Origin: Halodesulfurarchaeum sp.
Lineage (GTDB): Archaea; Halobacteriota; Halobacteria; Halobacteriales; Halobacteriaceae
Direction: 5' to 3'
Assembly (NCBI GenBank): GCA_034520565.1
Contig: JAXHNL010000002.1
Coordinates: 1,120,001 to 1,184,000, forward strand
DNA: 64,000 nucleotides
Part shown: positions 49,421 through 58,996 of the stretch, one piece after another
Numbering within the stretch: position 1 is the stretch's first letter
Layout of the letters: each line of letters starts with the position of its first letter
Notes under the pieces: generated by a model
What the model was told of the DNA's origin: nothing
The model's input: only the letters and a program-made list of their open reading frames with translations
The model's database searches: none
Translations under genes and position numbers: made by a program

Positions 49421-51808
49421 ATGACCGATTCCAGCATCCGGGCGTCAGTACAGGTCCAGGGCGTCGTGCAAGGGGTCGGGTTCAGGCCCTTCGTGTACCG
49501 CCGCGCGGCGGAGCACGACCTCGCCGGGTCCGTCAGGAACACCGGCGATGCGGGCGTCGAGATCCTGCTTCAGGGAAATTCGGGGGCCGTCGACGCGTTT
49601 CTTGCCGATCTTCGGGACTCCCCACCGCCGCTGTCGCGAGTGACGACAGTGGAAGTCGATCGACGGCCTGTAACGAATGTGGAACCGCTCGAACACTCAG
49701 AGGAGTTCCGAATCCAGGAGTCCGTCGACAGTGAGGGCGGGACCGGAACCATCCCGCCCGACACGGGGGTCTGTGACGCGTGTCTCGCGGACATTCGCGA
49801 TCCGGACTCGCGATATCACCGGTACTGGGCGACCTCGTGTGTGGACTGTGGGCCCCGGTATACCGTCATCCGGGACCTTCCGTACGACCGCCCACGCACC
49901 TCGATGGACGCCTATCCCATGTGTCCCTCCTGTCAGTCCGAGTACGACGACCCGGCCGATCGCCGGTATCACGCCCAGACGATCGCCTGCCCGGACTGTG
50001 GACCGACACTTTCCCTCCAGGAATCGGCCGAAGCCGGACGCCGGGAGCGAGCGACGGGTCCGGCCGCGCTCCAGGCCGCCGCCGCTCGACTTGCCGCGGG
50101 CGAAATCCTCGCCGTTCGAGGCGTCGGAGGCACACATCTCGCTTGCGACGCGACGAACGCGACAGCCGTCGAGCGCTTGCGCGAACGGACGAACCGTCCG
50201 GGGAAACCGTTCGCCGTGATGGCACCGACCATCGACCACGTTCGCTCGGTCGCCTCGGTCACGGCCGCCGAGCGGGAACTGCTCGAAGACGTTCGGCGAC
50301 CCATTGTCGTGCTCGACCGGGACGACGGTGGGCAACTCGAGGGGGTTGCCCCCGGACTCCACACGATCGGGGTGATGCTTCCCTATGCGGGGTTGCACCA
50401 CCTCCTGTTCGACCCCGGTGCGGGCGACGGCTCGACACGGGGGACCGCTCACCTCGACGGCCCGCTGGTGATGACCAGCGGGAATATGCCCGGCGAACCG
50501 ATGTGCGTGACCGTCGATTCGATCTTCGAGCAGCTGGGTCCGGTGATCGACGCCGCGCTCGTCCACGACCGGGAGATCGTCGCCCGGTGTGACGACAGCG
50601 TCCTCCGTTCGGTCGACGGCACTCGACGATTCCTCCGCCGATCGCGGGGATGGGTCCCCCAGCCGCTCCCGCGTCGCGGAGCGGGGCCCGCAATTCTCGC
50701 CGTCGGGGCAGAATTCGACGCCACCGTCGCGCTCGCCAGGGACGACGAGGTGTTCCCCTCACAGCACCTCGGGGACGTCGATGGCCCTGCAACGGAGGGA
50801 TTTCTCCGGGAGACGGTCGATCATCTCACCGGATTGCTCGGCGTCGAGCCCCAGGTCGTCGCCTGCGACGCTCACCCGGACTTTCTCACGAGCCAGTTCG
50901 CTGAGGAGCATGCCGATCGGCTCGATACCGATTCGGCTGGGCAGTCGAAATCAGCCGACAGGGCCAGTGACAAAGGACCGATCCGCGTCCAGCACCACCA
51001 CGCCCATGCGGCCTCGCTTCTCGGGGAGCACGATCTCGACCGCGCGATCGTGATCGTCGCCGACGGGACCGGATACGGGTCGGACGGCACGATCTGGGGT
51101 GGAGAGGTGCTGGACGCCACGCGGGCCGATTTCGAACGAGTCGGGGGCCTCGATACCTTTCGGCTTCCAGGTGGGGAAGCGGCCATCGAGCGACCGGCCC
51201 GAATCCTCGCGAGCCTCCTCGACGATCCGGCCCGAATCGACGCCGTGGTGACCGAACGGACCTCGCTTTCCGTGGACGAGGCCGCGACAGTCAGGGCCAG
51301 TCTCGAGGCAGGCGTCAACGCGCCAGCGACCACGAGTGCCGGTCGGTTTCTCGACGCCATGAGTGCCCTCCTCGGGGTCTGCACCGAGCGTCGATACGAG
51401 GGGGAGCCGGCGATCAGGCTCGAAGCTGCCGCTGCAGGGGCGGACCCACTCGATCTGGAATTGCCGTTCGCTCGTCGGGACGGCCATCGAGTTCTCGACG
51501 TCCGCTCGCTGGTTCGACAGTTCGACGAATTGGTCGGGACCGAATCGACCGGCGTTCTCGCGGCGACGGCCCAGGACGCCCTCGCTCAGGGACTCGCGTC
51601 GATCGCGATCGAGGCTGCGAGAACTCGTGGTGTCGACGCAATCGGCTTCTCCGGTGGCGTGGCGTACAACGAGGCGATTTCGCGGCGCATTCGAAAACGG
51701 GTCGAGGTCGTCGACCTCGAGTATCTCGATCACGAGCTGGTCCCTCCGGGCGACGCCGGCATCTCCTACGGGCAGACCCTCGTCGCCTCGGCCCGTCTCG
51801 ATCAGTGA
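49421..51808 (+). CDS. hypF: carbamoyltransferase HypF
   Basis: GVVQGVGFRPFVY acylphosphatase domain, zinc fingers (CVDCGPRY, CPDCGP), SQHLGD, QHHHAH, DGTGYG.DG.IWGGE and PGDAGISYGQ. Confidence 0.96.
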   Translation: MTDSSIRASVQVQGVVQGVGFRPFVYRRAAEHDLAGSVRNTGDAGVEILLQGNSGAVDAFLADLRDSPPPLSRVTTVEVDRRPVTNVEPLEHSEEFRIQESVDSEGGTGTIPPDTGVCDACLADIRDPDSRYHRYWATSCVDCGPRYTVIRDLPYDRPRTSMDAYPMCPSCQSEYDDPADRRYHAQTIACPDCGPTLSLQESAEAGRRERATGPAALQAAAARLAAGEILAVRGVGGTHLACDATNATAVERLRERTNRPGKPFAVMAPTIDHVRSVASVTAAERELLEDVRRPIVVLDRDDGGQLEGVAPGLHTIGVMLPYAGLHHLLFDPGAGDGSTRGTAHLDGPLVMTSGNMPGEPMCVTVDSIFEQLGPVIDAALVHDREIVARCDDSVLRSVDGTRRFLRRSRGWVPQPLPRRGAGPAILAVGAEFDATVALARDDEVFPSQHLGDVDGPATEGFLRETVDHLTGLLGVEPQVVACDAHPDFLTSQFAEEHADRLDTDSAGQSKSADRASDKGPIRVQHHHAHAASLLGEHDLDRAIVIVADGTGYGSDGTIWGGEVLDATRADFERVGGLDTFRLPGGEAAIERPARILASLLDDPARIDAVVTERTSLSVDEAATVRASLEAGVNAPATTSAGRFLDAMSALLGVCTERRYEGEPAIRLEAAAAGADPLDLELPFARRDGHRVLDVRSLVRQFDELVGTESTGVLAATAQDALAQGLASIAIEAARTRGVDAIGFSGGVAYNEAISRRIRKRVEVVDLEYLDHELVPPGDAGISYGQTLVASARLDQ

Positions 51809-51900
51809 CCCGTGGACGTCCCGGCTTGGGGGATGTTTTGCGGTGAACTGCCGGATGTTTCTGCCGGGTTGCCCCCGCTCCCGCTCGAATCACGTTCTCA

Positions 51901-51928
51901 GTATTACGAAATCGCAATAACGTATTAT
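51901..51928. promoter_or_regulatory. candidate NikR-like operator GTATTA-N16-TATTAT
   Basis: AT-rich 28-bp element in a GC-rich gap before the metal ABC importer; 6-16-6 geometry with an imperfect right arm. Confidence 0.35.
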
Positions 51929-52071
51929 CCGTCGGCTCGCGAATCGTCGTGTTGATGAGTCTCGATGGTGGATCGGGTCCCCCTCAACCGGTCCCCCGAG
52001 AGGCGGCTGACCGGGGTGGCAACCTGGGAGATCCGAGTTCCGCGGGGACCAGCGCGAACCACGGGCCCAGG

Positions 52072-53172
52072 ATGAACAGACGGTCCGCACTCAGAGCGAG
52101 TGGGACAGTCGGCCTCCTCGCCCTTTGTGGCTGTCTCGGCGGCACGAGTGGCCAAGTGAACGAACGGACGGTCGTCGATGGTGTCGGTCGTCAGGTGGCG
52201 GTTCCCGACACGGTCGATCGAGTTATCGGCCTCGGACCGGGGGCGCTCCGACAGGTCGTCTACGTCGACGGCACCGATCGGGTCGTCGGCGTCGAGCGTG
52301 GCGAGCAAGCTGACTTCGAAACCCTTCCCTACAACGCCGCGAACCCGAAACTCGGGGACCTGCCGATCGTGGGCAATTCGGGTCCCGAGGCCGCCGGGGA
52401 CGCCGAGTCGATCCTCGAGGTCGATCCGGACGTGGTCTTTCTCTCGTCGATCGGCGGGTACCAGGCCGCCGATCAGCTCACCGACCAGACCGGCATCCCG
52501 ACGGTGGTGCTGGACATGCCCTTCCTCACGGACGCCGACGGCCGATCGGCATATTTCGAAAGTTTGGGACTGGTCGGCGAGGTTCTCGGGGCCTCCGAAC
52601 GGGCCGCGGCACTCGTTTCGGACGTGAAGTCCCTGATCGCCGACCTCCGCGGCCGGGCCCCGGACACGCCGGCGGCGAGCGCGTACGTCGGCGGGGTGAG
52701 CTTCAAGGGGTCCCAGGGATTGACGACGACCCGAGTCCCCTACGCTCCCTTCTCGCTTTCCGGGATCCGGAACGTCGCCCGTGAAATCGAGACGGCCCAC
52801 GTCTCTGTCGACGTTTCGTCGGAATCCCTCATCGCCTGGGATCCGCCAGTTGTCTTCTGTAGCGTGCAGAATCTTCCCCTCGTTCGCCAGGATCTTCGTC
52901 GGCATCCGGAACTCGAGAGCCTTTCGGCCATTCGTGCGGGTCGGATCCACGTCATGCCCCCGGTCTCGCACTATCACGAGAACCTGGGCACGATGCTCGT
53001 CAACGCGGTCTACGTTGGTTCGGTACTGCTCCCGGACCACTTTGGCGAGTGGCGGATCGGGAACTGGGCCGACAGGGTCTACGAAATTCTGCTCGGCACG
53101 TCTCCGTTCGAAACCCTCCAGGAGCAACAGCCCGCCTACCAGCGCGTATCGCTCGTGGACGGTGGTGGATGA
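52072..53172 (+). CDS. type II ABC transporter substrate-binding lipoprotein (FepB/BtuF fold)
   Basis: MNRRSAL Tat signal plus lipobox LCGC; VDGVGRQV.VP..VDRVI, E.IL...PDVV and ESLIAWDP.V. Confidence 0.9.
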   Translation: MNRRSALRASGTVGLLALCGCLGGTSGQVNERTVVDGVGRQVAVPDTVDRVIGLGPGALRQVVYVDGTDRVVGVERGEQADFETLPYNAANPKLGDLPIVGNSGPEAAGDAESILEVDPDVVFLSSIGGYQAADQLTDQTGIPTVVLDMPFLTDADGRSAYFESLGLVGEVLGASERAAALVSDVKSLIADLRGRAPDTPAASAYVGGVSFKGSQGLTTTRVPYAPFSLSGIRNVAREIETAHVSVDVSSESLIAWDPPVVFCSVQNLPLVRQDLRRHPELESLSAIRAGRIHVMPPVSHYHENLGTMLVNAVYVGSVLLPDHFGEWRIGNWADRVYEILLGTSPFETLQEQQPAYQRVSLVDGGG

Positions 53173-54245
53173 TGGACGGGGCCGAGGGACTCGGCGCGGC
53201 GACCGAAACGCGGGCTGTCGACCAGTACGCCGGCCTCCGAACCCGCCGGCTGCTCGTGCTGTTCGGCGGGACCCTCATTCTCGCAGTCGTGGCCGTTTAC
53301 GCGCTACTGGTCGGCACCATCGAGCTCCCGCTCTCGACTGTGATCGAGGCCCTCGTTGGCTCTGCGGCCCCGATGGCCGAGCGGATGATCTGGCAGATCC
53401 GGCTTCCGCGAATCCTCGGCGGCGCCCTCGCCGGTGCGGGCCTGGCATACGTCGGAACGGCCATGCAATCGATCCTTCGCAACCCGCTCGGTGCGCCGTA
53501 CACCTTGGGGATCTCGCAGGCTGCGGCATTCGGGGCGGCCCTCTCGATCACCGTCGCTGGAATCGAATCCGCGGCGGGTCCGGTTTTCGGCCCGTACCTG
53601 ACGACGGGAACGGCGTTTCTGGTTGCGTTGTCTTCGACGAGTGTGATTTTGCTTTTGCTCCGTTTCAAAAACGCCTCGCCCGAGACGTTGATCTTGACCG
53701 GCGTGGCCCTCGGGGCGGTGTTCAACGCCGGGATCACGGTCATCCAGTATCTCGCCTCGGACACCGAGGTGGCGGCGATCGTCTACTGGACCTTCGGGGA
53801 TCTCGGACGGCTCACTTGGACGACGGTCGCCGTCATGGGCGTGGGCGTGGTCGCAAGCGCCGGGTACTTCAGCTTTCACGCGTGGCAATATACGGTGCTT
53901 GATGCCGGCGACGAAACCGCCGCCAGCCTGGGGATCGCCGTCGAGCGTCTGCGGGTGGTCGGGATGGTCGTCGGTGCGTTCGCGACGGCCATCGTCATCT
54001 CTTTTGTCGGCATCATCGGGTTCATCGGACTGGTGGCCCCACACATCGCCCGGAAAATCGTCGGGACCGACGAACGGGTGTTGCTCCCCGCCAGCGGGCT
54101 GGTCGGGGCGATCCTGCTGGTGGGGGCGGATACGGTCGCCAGAACGGCTTTCGACCCGCTCTCGTTGCCGGTTGGCGTCCTGACAGCGTTCCTTGGGGCA
54201 CCGCTTTTCGTGTACCTCGTCATCGCCGGGAGGGAGCACTGGTGA
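53169..54245 (+). CDS. FecCD/BtuC family ABC permease
   Basis: IRLPR, MQS.LRNPL..PYTLG.S..AA.GA, A.SLG, GIIGFIGLVAPH.AR and LPVG.LTA.LGAP. Confidence 0.93.
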   Translation: MMDGAEGLGAATETRAVDQYAGLRTRRLLVLFGGTLILAVVAVYALLVGTIELPLSTVIEALVGSAAPMAERMIWQIRLPRILGGALAGAGLAYVGTAMQSILRNPLGAPYTLGISQAAAFGAALSITVAGIESAAGPVFGPYLTTGTAFLVALSSTSVILLLLRFKNASPETLILTGVALGAVFNAGITVIQYLASDTEVAAIVYWTFGDLGRLTWTTVAVMGVGVVASAGYFSFHAWQYTVLDAGDETAASLGIAVERLRVVGMVVGAFATAIVISFVGIIGFIGLVAPHIARKIVGTDERVLLPASGLVGAILLVGADTVARTAFDPLSLPVGVLTAFLGAPLFVYLVIAGREHW

Positions 54246-55018
54246 CTCTCCGTATCGAGGATCTGTCGTTTGCCTACGCCGCGGAACCAGTGCTGCAGGA
54301 CGTCTCTCTTTCGGTGCAGTCGGGGTCGATCCTCGCCCTGCTCGGTCCCAACGGAATCGGGAAATCGACGCTACTCAAGGCGGTCGCCGGCATCGTGGAC
54401 CCGGATCGCGGAACGGTCACGCTCGACGGGACCGCGATCGGGCAGTTGTCTCGACGCGAACGAGCGCGCCAGATCGCGTACGTTCCGCAGGCCGAATCAC
54501 CGACGTTTGCGTCCTCGGTGTTTCAAGCGGTCCTGCTCGGTCGGACGCCCCATACCAGTTGGCGACCGACCACCAGCGACCGAGAACGGGTGGGGCAGGT
54601 ACTCGAGAAACTGGATTTGACCGACCTCGCGACCCGTCAACTCGACGCGCTCAGCCAGGGCCAGCGTCAGAAGGTCACCGTTGCGAGGGTGCTCGTCCAG
54701 GATCCGGCCGCGATGTTGCTCGACGAACCGACGGCGAGTCTCGACCTGCGACACCGACTCGACGTGCTCGATATTCTCAGGGAGCAGATCCGAACGCGCG
54801 AGGTCGCCGGGTGCATCGCGATGCACGACATCGAACTGGCCGCCCGATTCGCCGACGAAGTCGCCCTGCTGCGGGCGGGAACGATTTTCGATCGTGGTGC
54901 TCCGGAGTCGGTGCTGACGGCCGACTCGCTCGAAGCTGTCTACGGCGTCGAGGCGGCCGTGGATCGGGTAGACGGTCGATTCCACGTCGAGGCGATCCGT
55001 TCACTGCCGCCTGAGTAA
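54242..55018 (+). CDS. FecE/BtuD-like ABC ATP-binding protein
   Basis: GPNGIGKST, YVPQ, LSQGQRQ, LLDEPT and MHD. Confidence 0.93.
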   Translation: MTLRIEDLSFAYAAEPVLQDVSLSVQSGSILALLGPNGIGKSTLLKAVAGIVDPDRGTVTLDGTAIGQLSRRERARQIAYVPQAESPTFASSVFQAVLLGRTPHTSWRPTTSDRERVGQVLEKLDLTDLATRQLDALSQGQRQKVTVARVLVQDPAAMLLDEPTASLDLRHRLDVLDILREQIRTREVAGCIAMHDIELAARFADEVALLRAGTIFDRGAPESVLTADSLEAVYGVEAAVDRVDGRFHVEAIRSLPPE

Positions 55019-55080
55019 TATTATCGACAATTACTATAACAAGATTTATTATAATAAGGATAAAAATTGTTAATATAGGA
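55015..55080. promoter_or_regulatory. extremely AT-rich promoter/operator segment with palindromes
   Basis: TAATATTA (55016-23) and TTATTATAATAA (55046-57) are perfect palindromes upstream of the ZIP-like gene. Confidence 0.5.
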
Positions 55081-55198
55081 TGGAACGAGGGACTGTGGAC
55101 GGCGACCGAACGGCGGCGACTTCCCGTGATCAAATCGGGGGAGACCGCCACAGAAGCACCGTCACGACGATCAAGAACAGCGAACTCTGGAATCGCCG

Positions 55199-56062
55199 AT
55201 GGTAGTTGGGACCCCCACTCACTCCAAACGCGACAGGACGATCCCCCTCATTGCGAGTGGCCTCACTGTCGTGGCCTTTTTCGGCGTCATCTGGCTCGGT
55301 CTCTCGGCCGGTCGGACGAAGTTGACTGGCGTGGTCATCTTCGGCTTTTTCGCCATGCTTGCCGGCGTGACAATCAGTCACGTCGTCGATTTCGACACCG
55401 AGCGGCGACAGGTCTGGGCCTACGGCCTCGCGAGCGGGGCGATGCTCGCTAGTGCCGGGGCCTTGCTCGCGCCCAAGGCGATCGCACCGCACCCCACCTA
55501 CGGCGGGTTCGCCATCGCCTTTGGCTACCTGATCGGCTACTCGGCGCACGAACTCGGCCACCTCGTGACCCACCGCAACCTGCCGCTGAACGCGGCCGCA
55601 GGGGAACTGTCCCTTCACGCGCTCGCAGCTGGCTCGATCATGGGCGTGGTCTACGGCTCGTTGCCCGAGCTCTCGGCCCTTTTCGGCTTCGGGATCCTCG
55701 CCCACAAGTTCCCGGCCGGGTTCACGGGGTCGGAGTCCGTCAAACAGTCCGGACTCCCGACACACGTCATGGTTATCCCGGCCGCCGCCGTCGCGATCGC
55801 GGCGATCCCGCTCTCGATTTTGACACCGCCGCTCTCGCCGATCGTGAAGGCAGGCTTCTACGGGATTTCGACGGGTGTCTTCGCCCACGTCGCCATCGAC
55901 ATGCTTCCCCAGTGTTCCCACAGCGGCTCCCACGCGGATTCGACCGGACACGGGACGATCCAGTGTTCGCGAAACGTTCACCGGACCAAGCTCCACGCCG
56001 TCACGAGCACCTTCCTTGGGGCGGGAACGATCCTCCTCCTCTGGCAACTCCTCGCGTTTTGA
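55199..56062 (+). CDS. ZIP-like metal transporter
   Basis: About 8 TM helices; GLASGAML, AHELGH, LHAL.AG, LAHKFPAG and GVFAHVA.D.LP. Confidence 0.75.
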   Translation: MVVGTPTHSKRDRTIPLIASGLTVVAFFGVIWLGLSAGRTKLTGVVIFGFFAMLAGVTISHVVDFDTERRQVWAYGLASGAMLASAGALLAPKAIAPHPTYGGFAIAFGYLIGYSAHELGHLVTHRNLPLNAAAGELSLHALAAGSIMGVVYGSLPELSALFGFGILAHKFPAGFTGSESVKQSGLPTHVMVIPAAAVAIAAIPLSILTPPLSPIVKAGFYGISTGVFAHVAIDMLPQCSHSGSHADSTGHGTIQCSRNVHRTKLHAVTSTFLGAGTILLLWQLLAF

Positions 56063-56076
56063 TCGATCCGCCGGAA

Positions 56077-57252
56077 TCACTCCGTGGCTTCCTCGATTGC
56101 CCCGTCCAGATCTGCCTTCAGATCCTCGATCCCCTCGATCCCGACGCTCAACCGGACGAGGCCATCCGTCACTCCCGCCTCGAGGCGCTCCTCCCTGGGG
56201 ACCGCCGCGTGGGTCATCATCGCCGGCTGTTCGATGAGGCTCTCCACGCCGCCGAGACTCTCCGCGAGCGTGAACACCGCCGTCTCGGAGACGACTGTCT
56301 CGACCGTCTCGAGGGAAAGATCCAGTTCGAGGGAGACCATGCCACCGAAATCCGCCATCTGTCTGGCCGCCAGCTCGTGCTGTGGGTGTGTTTCGAGGCC
56401 GGGATAGTGCACTCGCGCCACGTCGGGGTGATCGGCCAGCCACTCTGCGAGTGCCATCGCGTTTGCACAGTGGCGCTCCATCCGGACAGGTAGCGTCTTG
56501 ATCCCACGCAGGACGAGAAAGGCGTCGAACGGGCTCAGCGTTGCTCCGACGCTGTTCTGGTAGAATCCCAGTTGCTCGTCCAGGGATTGCTCGTCCGTGA
56601 TCAGCGCACCCCCGATCACGTCCGAATGCCCGCCGAGGTACTTCGTTAACGAGTGAGCGACGATATCAGCCTCGAGATCGAGCGGCCGCTGCAGGAACGG
56701 CGTGGCGAAGGTGTTGTCGACGGCGAGACGCGCGTCGGCGTCGTGGGCGATTTCGGCCATCGCCTCGATGTCGACGATTCGCAGGAGTGGATTCGTCGGC
56801 GTCTCGACCCACACGAGTTCGGTCTCCGGCCTCACGGCAGCGGCGATTGTCGAGGAGTCGGTCATGTCGACGAAATCGAATTCGAGTTCGTACTCCTCGT
56901 AGACCTCGCGGAACAGGCGGTGGGTGCCGCCGTACACGTCGTTGCCGACCACGACGTGATCGCCGGATTCGAGGCGGTTGAGAACGGTGTTGATCGCCGC
57001 GAGCCCGCTCGCGAATGCCCGACCGTGCGCGCCGCCTTCGAGGCTCGCGAGGTTCGCCTCTAGGGCCGAGCGGGTTGGGTTGCCCGAACGGGAGTACTCA
57101 TAGCCCCGGTGCTCGCCCGGGGCGTCCTGGGCGAACGTCGAGGTGGCATAGATCGGAGTCATGACGGCCCCGGTTTCCCGGTCCGGCTCGAGGCCGCCGT
57201 GGATGGCCTCGGTTTCGATGGTCGGGTCCGATGGTGATTCCTCGTGGGTCAT
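56077..57252 (-). CDS. cystathionine gamma-lyase/synthase (Cys/Met metabolism PLP enzyme)
   Basis: YEYSRSGNPTR, YGGT.R, ETPTNP, DNTFATP, SLTKYLGGHSD, LAESLGGVESL and RLSVGIE. Confidence 0.93.
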   Translation of the reverse strand: MTHEESPSDPTIETEAIHGGLEPDRETGAVMTPIYATSTFAQDAPGEHRGYEYSRSGNPTRSALEANLASLEGGAHGRAFASGLAAINTVLNRLESGDHVVVGNDVYGGTHRLFREVYEEYELEFDFVDMTDSSTIAAAVRPETELVWVETPTNPLLRIVDIEAMAEIAHDADARLAVDNTFATPFLQRPLDLEADIVAHSLTKYLGGHSDVIGGALITDEQSLDEQLGFYQNSVGATLSPFDAFLVLRGIKTLPVRMERHCANAMALAEWLADHPDVARVHYPGLETHPQHELAARQMADFGGMVSLELDLSLETVETVVSETAVFTLAESLGGVESLIEQPAMMTHAAVPREERLEAGVTDGLVRLSVGIEGIEDLKADLDGAIEEATE

Positions 57253-58235
57253 GCTTTTCCCTCCCAGTTCTCGAAGCTGTCATAGAGCCCCTTCGAGAGG
57301 TATCGCTCCCCGCCGTCCGGAAAGACCGTGACGACCGTGTCGGCCGGGGCGTCGATCTCCCCCGCCTCGAGCCGGGTTGCCACCTCGGTCGCGGCGACGC
57401 TCGCGGCCCCGGAACTCGAGCCCACGAGATGTCCCGCTTCCCCCGCGAGCCGCGTGACCTCGGCGTGAGCGTCCCGGTCGGAGACGGCGACGATTTCGTC
57501 AATCCGGTCCGGGTCGAGGAGTTCGGCGAGTTCCGGCTCGTGGGTGCCGATCCCCTCGATTTTGTACGGGGCTTCCTCGGGACTCCGGCCGAACCGCTCG
57601 CCGAACGTCGATCCCGCAGGTTCGACGCCGACGACCGCGGCATCGATGTCCGCGCTCCCGAGCGCCTTCGCGATGCCTATGAGTGTCCCGCCCGATCCCA
57701 TTCCCGCCACGATTGCCCCGATCTCCCCGTCGAGGGCGTCGATGATTTCGGGTCCGGTCGTTTCGGCGTGGGCCTCGACGTTGTGTGGGGAGGCGAACTG
57801 CTGTGGGACCACCGCGCCGGGCCGGTCGGCAGCGATCTCGTGGGCGCGATCGATCGCGCCCTGCATGCCGTCGTCGCCGGGAGTATGGACGATGTCGCCA
57901 CCGAGGGCCGCCATCAGCGTTTCTTTCTCCTCGCTGAACCCGGTCGGGACGACGAAGACCGGTTCGACGTCGAGCTGTCTCGCCGCGAGTGCCATGCCGA
58001 TCCCGGTGTTCCCGGCCGTCGGTTCGACGATCGCGCCACCAGGCTCGAGGTCCCCCGACTCGAGGAGGGCCTCGATGATGTGTTTCCCGATGCGGTCTTT
58101 CACGCTCCCGCCCGGGTTGAACGTCTCGAGTTTGGCGAGCACGTCGACGCCGTCCGGTCCGGTGTCCAGTTCGACGAGTGGCGTTTGGCCGATCGTTTCG
58201 AGGACGGTATCATGTCGGGTCGTCTGTGATGTCAT
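57249..58235 (-). CDS. PLP-dependent cysteine synthase / cystathionine beta-synthase family
   Basis: IGQTPLV, NPGGSVKDRIG, EPTAGNTGIG, GMGSGGT, IEGIG, GSSSGA and DGGERYLSK. Confidence 0.93.
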   Translation of the reverse strand: MTSQTTRHDTVLETIGQTPLVELDTGPDGVDVLAKLETFNPGGSVKDRIGKHIIEALLESGDLEPGGAIVEPTAGNTGIGMALAARQLDVEPVFVVPTGFSEEKETLMAALGGDIVHTPGDDGMQGAIDRAHEIAADRPGAVVPQQFASPHNVEAHAETTGPEIIDALDGEIGAIVAGMGSGGTLIGIAKALGSADIDAAVVGVEPAGSTFGERFGRSPEEAPYKIEGIGTHEPELAELLDPDRIDEIVAVSDRDAHAEVTRLAGEAGHLVGSSSGAASVAATEVATRLEAGEIDAPADTVVTVFPDGGERYLSKGLYDSFENWEGKA

Positions 58236-58996
58236 TGGAGTTTCGCGTGGGTGGCGTCCGTTCCGAAACGGTACCTCGCCGGACCGAGTCATCGACAGCA
58301 ACAGGGTGTCTGGACCGAACGCCGGGAAAAGAAGTCGCGGTTTCCGGGTCCTTTCTGTGGCGTCAAGACGGCCGAACCGGTCCCGCCGGACCACTCCGGA
58401 CCGCCCGATCCGGATCGCCGCCGACCCGGATGTATTCCATTCCGTGGGGGACGGCTTCGGATTACCTCGTGACCGTTCATGCCAGCTACCCTTACTGGAT
58501 GGGGATTTATTTGGGTTCCCGTTCGGATCCGTAGGGCCTCCAATTGAAAGCTTTCAGCCCGTAGAATCCAAATTTCGAACTCTCTGAACCGGACACGCTT
58601 GTGAACGCAAAAATACCAGGGCCTCGAGCCGGAAAATCGAATCCGGTTTCCGGTATACAGCCCGCTTCGCCGGTTTCCCGACCGGACTCTGGTACTGATC
58701 GTACCGTTTTCCCACCGTCTCGAAATCGAAACGGACCCGTCAGCGACATTTCAGCCGAAGAGCCGAGTGGATCCGGTCCACAGCTACGCGGTATTCGATT
58801 GGTAACCGCCCGGGTTCGGTTACGGTTTTTTCCCCGTCCTTCGTCGTGGAGCGATTTTTCGCTCTCAGAACCCAGAGATCCCTGGACGGTCCCGAACCGT
58901 CGTGTTGTGGACGGATAGGGATCGGTATTTCGGCTGCAGCCGTGGGACGTCTCCTGGACCCTCCGCGTTTATTGTCCGGGCCCAGCAACTACACGT

